Positions 37,060 through 46,169 of a stretch of 64,000 bases of DNA are shown here, piece after piece. The stretch's first letter is position 1; each line of letters opens with the position of its first letter. The stretch lies in the IMG/VR virus record IMGVR_UViG_3300005366_000002, positions 32,001 to 96,000 of that record, one strand, 5' to 3'. Both the position numbers and the translations under genes were made by a program. The notes under the pieces were generated by a model. It was not told where the DNA came from. It saw only the letters and a program-made list of their open reading frames with translations, and did not search any database. The DNA comes from a virus.

Positions 37060-38997
37060 ATGACCCAAATCATCAGCCGCGCGTCTGACGTTCGCGTCAC
37101 GGAGATCAACCTCTCGCAGGTGATCACTTCGTCGTCGATCACGGTGGCCGCGTTCCCCATCATCAGCGCGCAAGGCTCGACCAAGCCGATGCACTTCACC
37201 AACGGAAACGACGTGCTCAACGAGTACGGCAATCCGGACCCGTCGGTGTCGATGACGATCCAGTCGGCGCTCAACTACTTCTCCGAGGGCAACGATGCCT
37301 GGTGCCTCCGCGTCGTCGGCTCGGGCGCCATGTACGCCGGCATCCTCATGTTCCAGCAGGCTGGCGCGACCAACCTGGTGGGCCAGGCAACTGCCGATCC
37401 CCTCAACACCGACCTGAGCACCCTGGTCACGTCGGGTCAAGAAGCGATCGCGCTGTTCTACCCGATCCACGGTCCCGGCTCGTACGGCGACAACATCTCG
37501 ATCGCCATCGACACCGCCGTCATCGGCACGCCGACGAACCTGGATGCGAACGCGCAACTGGGCTCCGGCTCGATGCCTGCGACGACCTACTCGTACCAGG
37601 TCTCGGCCGTGGGCCCGAACGGCGAGTCGCTGGCCTCCAGCATCGTTCAGGTCCTCCTGGGTGGCGTGTCGGTCCCGGTGGCTTCGATCACCCTGACCTG
37701 GGATGCGGTCGTGGGCGCCATCGGCTACAACCTCTACGGTCGCCTGCACCCGAACTCGAGCTATGGCCTGCTGGCGCAGACCGGTGCATCCACCCTGACG
37801 TTCGTCGACAACGGCACGATCACGCCGGACAACACGAAGCAACCGATCACCGACATCGGCCAGGTCGTGGGCGGCGACGAGTTCATCGTCAGCGTGTACG
37901 ACAACACGAAGCCGAACCAGAGCGCCCTGGAGGAGTTCACCTGCACCCTGCGCGCACACGTGGACGGCTCGGGCGTGCAGACGGAGCTGGAAGATCGCAT
38001 CAACCCGTTCTCGTCCTACATCCAGGTCAAGTCGAACGTGCCGGCACTGTCCGACACGCCGGCGATCACCACCGTGGACGAGACGGCGATGGACGGTGGC
38101 GACAGCGGCTCCACGCCGACGTCGTACCAGATCGCGAACGCCATGCAGGTGTTCACGAACAAGCAGCTCTACAACACCAACGTGTTCGTCAACGGCGGCA
38201 TCTCCGATCCGGTGTACCAGCTGGCGATCGACACGCTGGTCCAGGGTCGTGGTGACGCGGTCTCGCTGCTGGACACCCCGCCGACGGCCCAGCGCTTCCA
38301 GGCTGCGATCGACAACCGCAACCTCACGCTGAACCTCCAGTCGACCTACAGCGCGATCTTCTGCCCGGACCTGCTCCAGGCGGACATGATCAACGGCAAG
38401 CAGATCTACTGCCCGCCGTCCGGCTGGGCCGCCGCCCTGTGCGCGCGTACCGACCGTGTCGCCAACAGCGCCTACTCGATCGCCGGCCTGAACCGCGGTG
38501 TGGTCAATGTGCTGAAGCAACGGTACACCTACGACGACGGACAAGCCACAGAGCTGTTCAACGCGCAGGTGAACTACTTCCGCACGTTCGTCGGCCAGGG
38601 CATCGCCCTGTGGGAGCAGCAGACGCTGACGGGCGAAAAGTCCGCCCTGCAGTGGCTGTCGGTCCGCCGTATCGTCAACGTGATCAAGGTCGCGCTGTAC
38701 AAGTTCCTGCTCTACTCCCTCCAGGAGATGGACACGGACGCGGTGCGTCGCCAGATCATCAACTCGTGCTCGCAGTACCTGGACACCGTCGTCAACAGCA
38801 ACGGCCTGTTCTCGTACACGGTCGAGTGCGACAACGGCAACAACACGGCAGCGACGGCCAACGCCGGTATCCTCGTGGTCAACGTGGTGCTCGTCCCGAA
38901 CATCCCGATCCACGAGATCCAGCTGAACGTGATCGTGTCCAAGCAGGGCGTCACGTTCACCGAGGTGCTCCGCCAGGTCAACGGCAACACGCAGTAA
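37060..38997 (+). CDS. contractile tail sheath protein
   Basis: VRVTEINLS N-terminus, PPSG..AA..ARTD, AGLNRG, LSVRRIVN, ECDNGNNT. Confidence 0.9.
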   Translation: MTQIISRASDVRVTEINLSQVITSSSITVAAFPIISAQGSTKPMHFTNGNDVLNEYGNPDPSVSMTIQSALNYFSEGNDAWCLRVVGSGAMYAGILMFQQAGATNLVGQATADPLNTDLSTLVTSGQEAIALFYPIHGPGSYGDNISIAIDTAVIGTPTNLDANAQLGSGSMPATTYSYQVSAVGPNGESLASSIVQVLLGGVSVPVASITLTWDAVVGAIGYNLYGRLHPNSSYGLLAQTGASTLTFVDNGTITPDNTKQPITDIGQVVGGDEFIVSVYDNTKPNQSALEEFTCTLRAHVDGSGVQTELEDRINPFSSYIQVKSNVPALSDTPAITTVDETAMDGGDSGSTPTSYQIANAMQVFTNKQLYNTNVFVNGGISDPVYQLAIDTLVQGRGDAVSLLDTPPTAQRFQAAIDNRNLTLNLQSTYSAIFCPDLLQADMINGKQIYCPPSGWAAALCARTDRVANSAYSIAGLNRGVVNVLKQRYTYDDGQATELFNAQVNYFRTFVGQGIALWEQQTLTGEKSALQWLSVRRIVNVIKVALYKFLLYSLQEMDTDAVRRQIINSCSQYLDTVVNSNGLFSYTVECDNGNNTAATANAGILVVNVVLVPNIPIHEIQLNVIVSKQGVTFTEVLRQVNGNTQ

Positions 38998-39060
38998 TCC
39001 TGAGCCTCAGCTCCGCCTCGCCAGCCAGCTGGGCGGGGCTCACCCTCACAAGGAACAGAC

Positions 39061-39579
39061 ATGGCACGTACCTCTTACCAACAGATCCTCAACCTGCCGG
39101 ATGCCGCGCAGTCGTGGAACTTCGACCTGTTCATTCCAACCATCCCGGGAGCCTCCGGCTCTTCGCAGTCGCTGACCTACAAGGTCCGGACGACCGCGCT
39201 GCCGGGTGCGAAGATCGAACCGGTGCCCATCGAACTCCACGGCGCCAAGAAGCAAGAAGCGGGTCGCGCGATCTACGATCACACCCTGCCGGTCACGCTG
39301 CTCGAGACGATCGACTGGGAGACGATCCTCAAGTTCCGTGCGTGGCGCGACTACATGCGCTCGTGGAAGAACAACAAGGGCTCGGACTCCACCGCCTACA
39401 AGGTGAACCTGGAGCTCGACGTCTACGACAACCAGGGCAACATCAGCCAGACCTTCATCATCGCCGGCGCGTTCCCGACGGACGTGGGCGACGTGCAGCT
39501 CGACGGCGCTGCCTCGACGGCGCTGGACGTGTCGATCACGTTCAGCTACGACTACATCAGCGACGGCCTGACCTGGTAA
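39061..39579 (+). CDS. tail tube protein
   Basis: 172 aa directly after sheath; GAFPTDVGDVQLD...ITFSYDY. Confidence 0.85.
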   Translation: MARTSYQQILNLPDAAQSWNFDLFIPTIPGASGSSQSLTYKVRTTALPGAKIEPVPIELHGAKKQEAGRAIYDHTLPVTLLETIDWETILKFRAWRDYMRSWKNNKGSDSTAYKVNLELDVYDNQGNISQTFIIAGAFPTDVGDVQLDGAASTALDVSITFSYDYISDGLTW

Positions 39580-39588
39580 GGAGTGACC

Positions 39589-39972
39589 ATGCACCTCCAA
39601 GCACGACAACGGGTGATCGCGCTCGACATGCACCCACACCTCGAACAGCAGACGGCGCTCGAGGAGAGCCTGCTCGAACTGTTCTGCGGCTCGGGCGCTG
39701 GCGAGCGCGGCTACCAGTTCGTCGACGCGTCGGACGTGCAGGGTGGCCGCTCGCTGAAGATCGACGCCACGGACGTGTTCCGTCTCGGCACTATGCTCGA
39801 CGACTACCTGGAAGCCCAGGGCTACGCCGTCGAGCCGTTCGAGAGCGCCGAAGATCTGAGCCGGCAGGCCACCTCGCTCCAACTGCGGAGCCCTGAATCG
39901 AACATCGTGATCTGGCTGACGGCCCACGCCTGCACGCTCGAGATCACGCTGTTCGAGTTCCAAGGAAGCTGA
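39589..39972 (+). CDS. protein with N-terminal LQAxxRVxA tag
   Basis: MHLQARQRVIA; AAGGAG RBS. Confidence 0.65.
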   Translation: MHLQARQRVIALDMHPHLEQQTALEESLLELFCGSGAGERGYQFVDASDVQGGRSLKIDATDVFRLGTMLDDYLEAQGYAVEPFESAEDLSRQATSLQLRSPESNIVIWLTAHACTLEITLFEFQGS

Positions 39973-39974
39973 CC

Positions 39975-40217
39975 ATGCGTCTCCTCGCACACGAACGGCT
40001 GCAAGCCAATACGTCCACCTACAAGGACGAGCAGGCCATGGACGACTCGATGGTCGTCCAACAAGATGCCCCTGAAGAGCAGCTGGAAGCGCGCGACGAG
40101 CAGCTCCTGGCTGACCAGCAGGACGTCTACCCGGACACGATGATGTTCGGCAAGCTGAACGCCGGTGAGCGTCTGCTGTCGATCAGCGCTTTTCGTGTCC
40201 ACTTCCACGGAGACTGA
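39975..40217 (+). CDS. small acidic protein with tag-like motifs at both ends
   Basis: MRLLAHERLQA ... KLNAGERLLS. Confidence 0.6.
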   Translation: MRLLAHERLQANTSTYKDEQAMDDSMVVQQDAPEEQLEARDEQLLADQQDVYPDTMMFGKLNAGERLLSISAFRVHFHGD

Positions 40218-40218
40218 G

Positions 40219-40887
40219 ATGCGCCTGATGGCAAAGCAACGTCTCACGGCAACTGCGCTGACCGACAAACTGAAGGTCGAGTTCTACATGGGCCTCCAGG
40301 AGGCCTGTCCTTACTTCAAGACCTGGTCGGTGGAGCACCGCACCGAGTTCCAGAAGAAAGGCGACTCCAAGAAGGTCGAGGCAAACGCCCTGAAGTACCT
40401 GCAGGAGCTCGGCTGGACGATCGAGAAGACGCCCAGCGCGCTGCCTGGTACGACGTTCCTCAGCCGTGGCGAACACAAGGACTGGATCGTCAAGGTCACA
40501 CGCTGGGGCTTTGGTGGTGCCTCGATGGTTCTCGTCGCTGAACGGTTTCGCAAGTTCAGCGACTTCCCACATGGTCACGAGATCGAGGAGGCTCTGCGGA
40601 GCCAAGGCCACAAGGTCAAGGAGCTGCCGGAGGATCCGTTGCAGCATCTCCGTGACGACGGCGCGATCCTCAAGATCTGGCGCGACAAGAGTGATCAGTG
40701 GTACACCTCCAAGGTCTACGAGGTCATCAAGGGTATCGTCGGTGCCCACAAGGACAAGACCCGTCCTGGCGCCCTCAGCCTCGAAGCCGGTCCGTGCACC
40801 TACACGGTGACCGCCGACGGTCAGGAGGTCACCGTGACCGTCTCCTACACCGATGACTACGTTCAACCTGTGACGAGGTGGCGATGA
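40219..40887 (+). CDS. protein with N-terminal LMAxxRLxA tag
   Basis: MRLMAKQRLTA; GGAG RBS. Confidence 0.65.
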   Translation: MRLMAKQRLTATALTDKLKVEFYMGLQEACPYFKTWSVEHRTEFQKKGDSKKVEANALKYLQELGWTIEKTPSALPGTTFLSRGEHKDWIVKVTRWGFGGASMVLVAERFRKFSDFPHGHEIEEALRSQGHKVKELPEDPLQHLRDDGAILKIWRDKSDQWYTSKVYEVIKGIVGAHKDKTRPGALSLEAGPCTYTVTADGQEVTVTVSYTDDYVQPVTRWR

Positions 40888-41546
40888 GCGATCCAGTGCA
40901 GTGCTTCATGCTCGAGATCGAGGAGATTCATCAGTGGTGGGTTGGCCTTCTGACCCGCGACATGAATCAGATCTGCCCTTCGACTGGCAAGCCTCATCGG
41001 CTGGACCTCGAAGTGCCGGAAGGCGTGTCGATCTCTGATCTGATCTCGCTGGGTGACGGCATGGCACTCCAACTGCCTGATCGCCTCGAGCCTATGGTCT
41101 GCGCCTGCGGCCTCAGGTTCACGCGTGAGAACTCGACGTCCCACAGCACCGAGTCGAAGCACAGGTTCCGCAACCCCAAGACCGGCAAGGTCGGCTCGTG
41201 CTACGAGGTGGCGACACCCGGTGCCATGTGGTACTGTCCGTGGCTTGTCGATCGAGACCTCGAGAAGCTGAAGCAGCTGGTCGCCGAGGGCAAGAACACG
41301 TACCTGTCGCCCATGTACGTGAACCAATGGATGGACAAGCGCGATCCGCTGTGTGTCATGTGCCCGGACGGTTCGCACTGGATGCCGGACGCTCGCTCGA
41401 CGAATGGTGATGGCTGGACCGTCATCGGCGAGGCTCCGAACATCACCGCCAGTCCTTCGATCCTCACCCCTGGCTACCACTCCTTCCTGGTCAATGGCGT
41501 CTTCGGCGCCGACCCCAACTGCAAACCCTGGACGCCAAGAACATGA
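40884..41546 (+). CDS. Cys-rich protein with C-terminal DUF6527-like domain
   Basis: GWTVIGEAPNITASPSI...YHSFLVNG pattern. Confidence 0.5.
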   Translation: MSDPVQCFMLEIEEIHQWWVGLLTRDMNQICPSTGKPHRLDLEVPEGVSISDLISLGDGMALQLPDRLEPMVCACGLRFTRENSTSHSTESKHRFRNPKTGKVGSCYEVATPGAMWYCPWLVDRDLEKLKQLVAEGKNTYLSPMYVNQWMDKRDPLCVMCPDGSHWMPDARSTNGDGWTVIGEAPNITASPSILTPGYHSFLVNGVFGADPNCKPWTPRT

Positions 41547-41986
41547 TGAAGCTTCAAGCCCGCCAGCGCCTCATGGCCCGCCCCGAAGTGGAACGCGTCA
41601 TGGAGGAGTCGGTCATCCGCATCGCCAACGAGCGGATCGCGCGCCTGGCTCGTCCGTGCGCAGCGCTCGGTATCTCCCAGGAGATGCTGACCACGTACTT
41701 CGGCGAGTACCTGCACGAAGAAGTGCTGCCAGGCATCGAGCACGGCGCCTACGACGCGCACAAGGCTGCCGAGGTCATCAACTCGATCACGGCACTCCAG
41801 ATCGCCCACCACTTCCTGATCTCCGGGTCCAAGCACTCGCCGGCCGAGATCCATCAGCACGGCAAGCTGATGGCGGACGACCCGGAGTTCAAGAAGAAGA
41901 TCCTGGCGAAGATGGGCCTGACGCCGCACGAGTTCCACGCGCTGTCGCTCATGATCCTCCAGGAAGCCAAGGAGACGATGCGATGA
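41543..41986 (+). CDS. protein with N-terminal LQAxxRLxA tag
   Basis: MMKLQARQRLMA. Confidence 0.65.
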   Translation: MMKLQARQRLMARPEVERVMEESVIRIANERIARLARPCAALGISQEMLTTYFGEYLHEEVLPGIEHGAYDAHKAAEVINSITALQIAHHFLISGSKHSPAEIHQHGKLMADDPEFKKKILAKMGLTPHEFHALSLMILQEAKETMR

Positions 41987-42681
41987 GCCGCCAGCTGGTC
42001 CTCCAAGCCCGCCAGCGTCTGCTGGCAGAGGTTCCCAAGCGTGATGACTTGAAACCTGCGACGAACGTTGTGGTTCACAAGTTTGCCGAGGCGGGCATCG
42101 AGGTCACACCCAACTTCAACTACGCATCCAACCTGTACCCTGACATCGGGTTCTTCTACCTGCCAGGTACTGGTCGCGATCTGGGAGATCGCTGGAACAT
42201 CCATCCCGGTCAGCAGGAAGGGCACATGATGGAGATCTCGGTCTCCATGGATGCCAGCCGCTCCAACGAGCTCTATCGTCTGGCTCAAGAAGGCCAGGAC
42301 CTGACGGATGCGAAGAAAGCCGTGCAGGCTGTGGCAAAACTGCTGGCCAAGACCGGCATCAAGTTCAAGCCAGGCAAGCCGAATCCGCACTCGCCGATCG
42401 ACAAGGCGCTCGGTGGCTCGCCCCGTTTCATTGGTGTCGTCGACATCACGGAAGAAGCCCCTGACTCCGACCCCAAGTCGAAGCCCTTGTGGGGCATTGC
42501 CGTCAAGGACACGCAGGGCAAGATCCACGTGTGGACCATGACGCCGCACTCGCGCGGCCCTTGGACCTACTACGAGGCCGAGCACAACATCCGTGACCTC
42601 CAGCAGCATCTGGAATACGACGACGAGTACAAGCGCGCCGACTACTTCAAGGTCGTGAAGGCCCCAAAGGAGAAAGCATGA
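41983..42681 (+). CDS. protein with N-terminal LQAxxRLxA tag
   Basis: MSRQLVLQARQRLLA; AAGGAG RBS; ATGA overlap. Confidence 0.65.
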   Translation: MSRQLVLQARQRLLAEVPKRDDLKPATNVVVHKFAEAGIEVTPNFNYASNLYPDIGFFYLPGTGRDLGDRWNIHPGQQEGHMMEISVSMDASRSNELYRLAQEGQDLTDAKKAVQAVAKLLAKTGIKFKPGKPNPHSPIDKALGGSPRFIGVVDITEEAPDSDPKSKPLWGIAVKDTQGKIHVWTMTPHSRGPWTYYEAEHNIRDLQQHLEYDDEYKRADYFKVVKAPKEKA

Positions 42682-43130
42682 AGATCATCTACGTGACCGC
42701 CAACTCGATCCCTGACCGTCTGATCCGTTACTTCGACGGCGGCGAGTTCAGCCACTGCGCGATGGTGTTCGGGGACAACGTAGTCCAGGCCATCCGACAA
42801 GGCGTGGTCGTCACGCCTCTCAAGAACCTGCTGGACATCTGCACGGTCACGAAGACGATCGACGTGCCCCTCAAGGATGAAGAGGCTGCGAAGTCCTGGG
42901 CGTACCACAAGGTCGGTGCGTCCTACGACTTCCTGGCCGTCGCGATCCTCGGCTGGCGCGACGTGTTCGGTGTCGCCCCTCGCTGGGACTCGAACGGCCG
43001 CTTCTTCTGCGACGAGCTGGTGCTGAGCGCCTGCATCGCCGGCGGTCTTCAGGAGCCGGAGCAGTACCCGCGCTTCTACGGGATCAAGCGCTCCTTCGAG
43101 TTCCTCTCCATGTTTGCCACCAAGGGGTGA
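42678..43130 (+). CDS. permuted papain-like amidase (YaeF/YiiX, C92 family)
   Basis: FSHCAM...VGASYDF...FFCDELV (His precedes Cys). Confidence 0.75.
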   Translation: MKIIYVTANSIPDRLIRYFDGGEFSHCAMVFGDNVVQAIRQGVVVTPLKNLLDICTVTKTIDVPLKDEEAAKSWAYHKVGASYDFLAVAILGWRDVFGVAPRWDSNGRFFCDELVLSACIAGGLQEPEQYPRFYGIKRSFEFLSMFATKG

Positions 43131-43137
43131 CCTGATC

Positions 43138-44094
43138 ATGCGTCTCCAAGCCAGTGCACGGCTCCTCGCTGAGGAGGCCGACGTCTCCTACGAGGACTAC
43201 GTGAAGGTCGTGGCGTCGCTGGCGCGTCCCGACAATCAGCTCGTGGCGTTTGACTTCAAGGTGCCGGGCGCCCTGAAGAAGCTGTGGTCGGAACTCAAGG
43301 AGATCGGCCAAGAGCTGACCGAGAGCGCAGGTATCGGCTGGGACGCGATCGTCAAAGCGTTCCAGGAGAAGTCCGTGTTCACCCTCCTCAAGGGGCTAGG
43401 CTTCTCCGTCAAGAAGCTGCTGAAGGCAGTGTCGAAGGCCTCGGCGATCCCTGCGCACGCCCTGTTCATCGCTCTCGACGAGTTGATCGAGGCGTTCGGT
43501 GACAGCGAGACGCTGAAACGTCTGAACGTGCATGAACGAGTTGAGCGCCTCGACGAAGTGATCAAGCGCCACCCGGTGCTGTCGAAGCTGACCGGTGTGG
43601 CTGTCGCAGGCTTCCTCATCTGGCAGTACCTGCACACGTCGAACACCGGTGACGTCCACTACGACCTCTCGCTGGTCGACACGATCCTGAACTGCATCAA
43701 GGGCGACTACTCCCTGGCGGACATGTTCGCGTCCAAGCAAGGTCTCAAGGACATCAGCGTGCTCTTGTTCGGACTGGCCTCCGGCGGCATGGGCCTCACC
43801 AGCTACGGTGCATCGCACGTGGAGCACGCGCTGACTTTCCTCGGCAAGCACGCAGGGACTGCCGCGTCGATCCTCCTGGCCCTGTTCTACGCGGGTGCGA
43901 AGAAGCTGGGCATGCACATCGACTACTCCCACGAGCCAGTGCATGCTGGCCTGTCGGTCGAGCAAGGCGATCCTGCAGGACGAACCCAACGCTGGTTCAA
44001 CCAGCTCAGCGGGCCTGAACGCGAGAAGTACCGGAAGAAGTATCCGGGCACCAAGTTCAACGACAAGACCAAACTCATCCTTCCGAAAGCCTGA
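43138..44094 (+). CDS. tagged helical protein with hydrophobic segments
   Basis: MRLQASARLLA; LTGVAVAGFLIW and AASILLALFYAG. Confidence 0.65.
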   Translation: MRLQASARLLAEEADVSYEDYVKVVASLARPDNQLVAFDFKVPGALKKLWSELKEIGQELTESAGIGWDAIVKAFQEKSVFTLLKGLGFSVKKLLKAVSKASAIPAHALFIALDELIEAFGDSETLKRLNVHERVERLDEVIKRHPVLSKLTGVAVAGFLIWQYLHTSNTGDVHYDLSLVDTILNCIKGDYSLADMFASKQGLKDISVLLFGLASGGMGLTSYGASHVEHALTFLGKHAGTAASILLALFYAGAKKLGMHIDYSHEPVHAGLSVEQGDPAGRTQRWFNQLSGPEREKYRKKYPGTKFNDKTKLILPKA

Positions 44095-44096
44095 TC

Positions 44097-44408
44097 ATGC
44101 GCCAACTCGTTCTCCAAGCCAAGCAACGTCTGATCGCCGCGCCGTTCGGCAAGAAGCCTGGTCGTGCTCCGGCTGGCCCGCGTGACCGCGAAGCCGACAT
44201 CGAGGCGCTGCTTCACCAGGCGTGGGCGGAGTGCCAGTCGGCCGCACGGCAGGATGGCGATGATGTGTCGCACTGGAACCCGGAGACGGCGGCCGACTAC
44301 CTGATCGGCTACGCTGAAGGCCGCCCGGAGTACCGCGAGCTCGGCATCTCTCCAGGCGAACTGGACAAGTACGCCGAGGCGTTCATCAACAAGGTGCAGA
44401 GCCGCTGA
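44097..44408 (+). CDS. small protein with N-terminal LQAxxRLxA tag
   Basis: MRQLVLQAKQRLIA. Confidence 0.65.
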   Translation: MRQLVLQAKQRLIAAPFGKKPGRAPAGPRDREADIEALLHQAWAECQSAARQDGDDVSHWNPETAADYLIGYAEGRPEYRELGISPGELDKYAEAFINKVQSR

Positions 44409-44419
44409 GCTGCACCACG

Positions 44420-44428
44420 CAATTTCAT
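44420..44428 (+). promoter_or_regulatory. putative late promoter motif CAATTTCAT
   Basis: intergenic copy before a strongly codon-biased gene. Confidence 0.6.
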
Positions 44429-44493
44429 GTCCTAGCGAATCCCGTATCGGATAGCTCTCATTGCGCACTGACGCTCACAATAGAGGAACTCTC

Positions 44494-45234
44494 ATGTTCA
44501 ACACCGAAACCGTTGCGATCACCGACTACCGCCTGATGACGCCTTCGCTGGCCAAGGTCATCGTCTCCTTCACCGGCAACATCGACCGCCGCTTCCTCCA
44601 CGAGAAGCTGACCGAGATGTTCGACGGCTGCGCTCAACCGGTGCGCGCGTCGTTCAAGCAGATCCAGGAAGGCGTGGCCGTCGGCTTCATCAAGGCCAAC
44701 CGCGCGATCCGCATGGTCGACGAGAAGCAACTGAAGGCCTACCGCCTGATGGGCTCGAACATCATGATGGACGAGTCGGACAAGAGCCTGTGGGAAGTCA
44801 AGACCGGCGCGTCCGGCAAGTACCTGGCCCGCCACGGCCAGGAAGACCTGCAGGCGCTGGTGCAGGCCTCGAAGATCACCCGCACCGACATCCCGCGCAT
44901 CGCTCACCTGACCATCGCCCGCGCGGCCGCCGCCGAGCTGGTGTCGTTCGTGGACGACGAAGGCGACGTGGATCACGGCTTCGCCTACCAGACCTCCGAG
45001 TCGCAGGTGCGCGTCGTCTCGTTCGCCCGCAAGATGCCCATGACGGTCGACTACGACGCCGTCGTCGGGATCGTGCCGATGGACGTGCCGGCCCACGTGC
45101 GCGCGCAGGTCATCGCCTCGATGACCCCGGAGGAAAAGAAGCAGGCCAACGCCTACTGGACGCGCCTCTACAGCTACGCGCCGGACTACATGCGCGAGAC
45201 GATCAAGCAGGTGAACGAAGGCACGTTCGCCTGA
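44494..45234 (+). CDS. putative virion structural/core protein
   Basis: strong codon bias; GAGGA RBS; own promoter motif and terminator. Confidence 0.6.
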   Translation: MFNTETVAITDYRLMTPSLAKVIVSFTGNIDRRFLHEKLTEMFDGCAQPVRASFKQIQEGVAVGFIKANRAIRMVDEKQLKAYRLMGSNIMMDESDKSLWEVKTGASGKYLARHGQEDLQALVQASKITRTDIPRIAHLTIARAAAAELVSFVDDEGDVDHGFAYQTSESQVRVVSFARKMPMTVDYDAVVGIVPMDVPAHVRAQVIASMTPEEKKQANAYWTRLYSYAPDYMRETIKQVNEGTFA

Positions 45235-45248
45235 TCCTGGTCGACATG

Positions 45249-45272
45249 GACGGGACCTTCGGGTCCCGTTTC
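45249..45272 (+). terminator. Rho-independent terminator with UUCG tetraloop
   Basis: ACGGGACC-TTCG-GGTCCCGT-TT. Confidence 0.8.
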
Positions 45273-45295
45273 TACAGCTCACGTAGAGGTGCAAG

Positions 45296-45586
45296 ATGCA
45301 AACACTGAAGCTCCAAGCAAAAGAACGGCTGGCCGCAGCTGATGTCAAGAGAACCGCGCCCGAGTGGTCCGGCATGCCGGTGGTCTATGACGCCATCCTG
45401 TCCATGTGCTCGCTCTGCCACGAGTGGGAAATCGCTGACGACGCGGTCAAGGCCTTGCGAAACAAGAAAGCCTTGGTGACCAAGAAAGAATTCCTGGCCA
45501 ACTGCAAGACCATGTGCGGCGAGCTGACAGATGCCATGAAGGGCCAGTACAGCGCCATCAAGGACATGGCTGACGGCGTGAAGTAG
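45296..45586 (+). CDS. small protein with N-terminal LQAxxRLxA tag
   Basis: MQTLKLQAKERLAA; first 12 aa identical to the 22133 ORF. Confidence 0.7.
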   Translation: MQTLKLQAKERLAAADVKRTAPEWSGMPVVYDAILSMCSLCHEWEIADDAVKALRNKKALVTKKEFLANCKTMCGELTDAMKGQYSAIKDMADGVK

Positions 45587-45720
45587 GGCAACCGAACAGC
45601 GGGCTCGCGAACCGGGCTCGTTGTGTGTGGTGTTTTGCTGAGGTCCGCCCGTCTCACACGCGGGCATGGAACGTCAGGGCTATAGAGGCCTCAGCTCCTT
45701 TTTCCACACGCAGAAACGAC

Positions 45721-45765
45721 GAAGGGCCCCACGGGATTCAGTTCCCGTGGGGCCCTTCTGCTTTT
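45721..45765. terminator. terminator at the convergence of + and - gene blocks
   Basis: GAAGGGCCCCACGGGA...TCCCGTGGGGCCCTTC 16-bp perfect stem. Confidence 0.75.
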
Positions 45766-45857
45766 CCGGCTCTGAAACCGCCGTTCTGGTTCGTCATACG
45801 GAATGCCCGATTTAGGCTTCATTCCAGACGTTGGCATCGCGGTCTAGCACCTGCTAA

Positions 45858-46169
45858 TCACGCGTATTCCTGCCTCGCGTGATCGTAGTCGATCGCCTTG
45901 AACAGTGCCCAGACGTCGCGCACAGGGACGCAGGTTGGACGCACCAGCTTCGCCTCCTGTGCTTCGATCCAGCAGGTGAAGCTGACGCGCCGCGAGAACC
46001 GCGAGCTCTGGGAACGCGCCAGTTCCGCGTTCCTGAACGCATTGAACGCCGTGACGGACTGCCTGAACTTCGGGTCGTCCCACTGTGGCAGCGTCAGGTC
46101 GTACTGGGCGGAGGTCTTGCCGCTGTCGCGAACGATCACGAGCCAGCGGAATGGGATTTCCTTGGTCAT
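45858..46169 (-). CDS. hypothetical protein
   Basis: last gene of - strand operon; coupled to upstream stop. Confidence 0.55.
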   Translation of the reverse strand: MTKEIPFRWLVIVRDSGKTSAQYDLTLPQWDDPKFRQSVTAFNAFRNAELARSQSSRFSRRVSFTCWIEAQEAKLVRPTCVPVRDVWALFKAIDYDHARQEYA

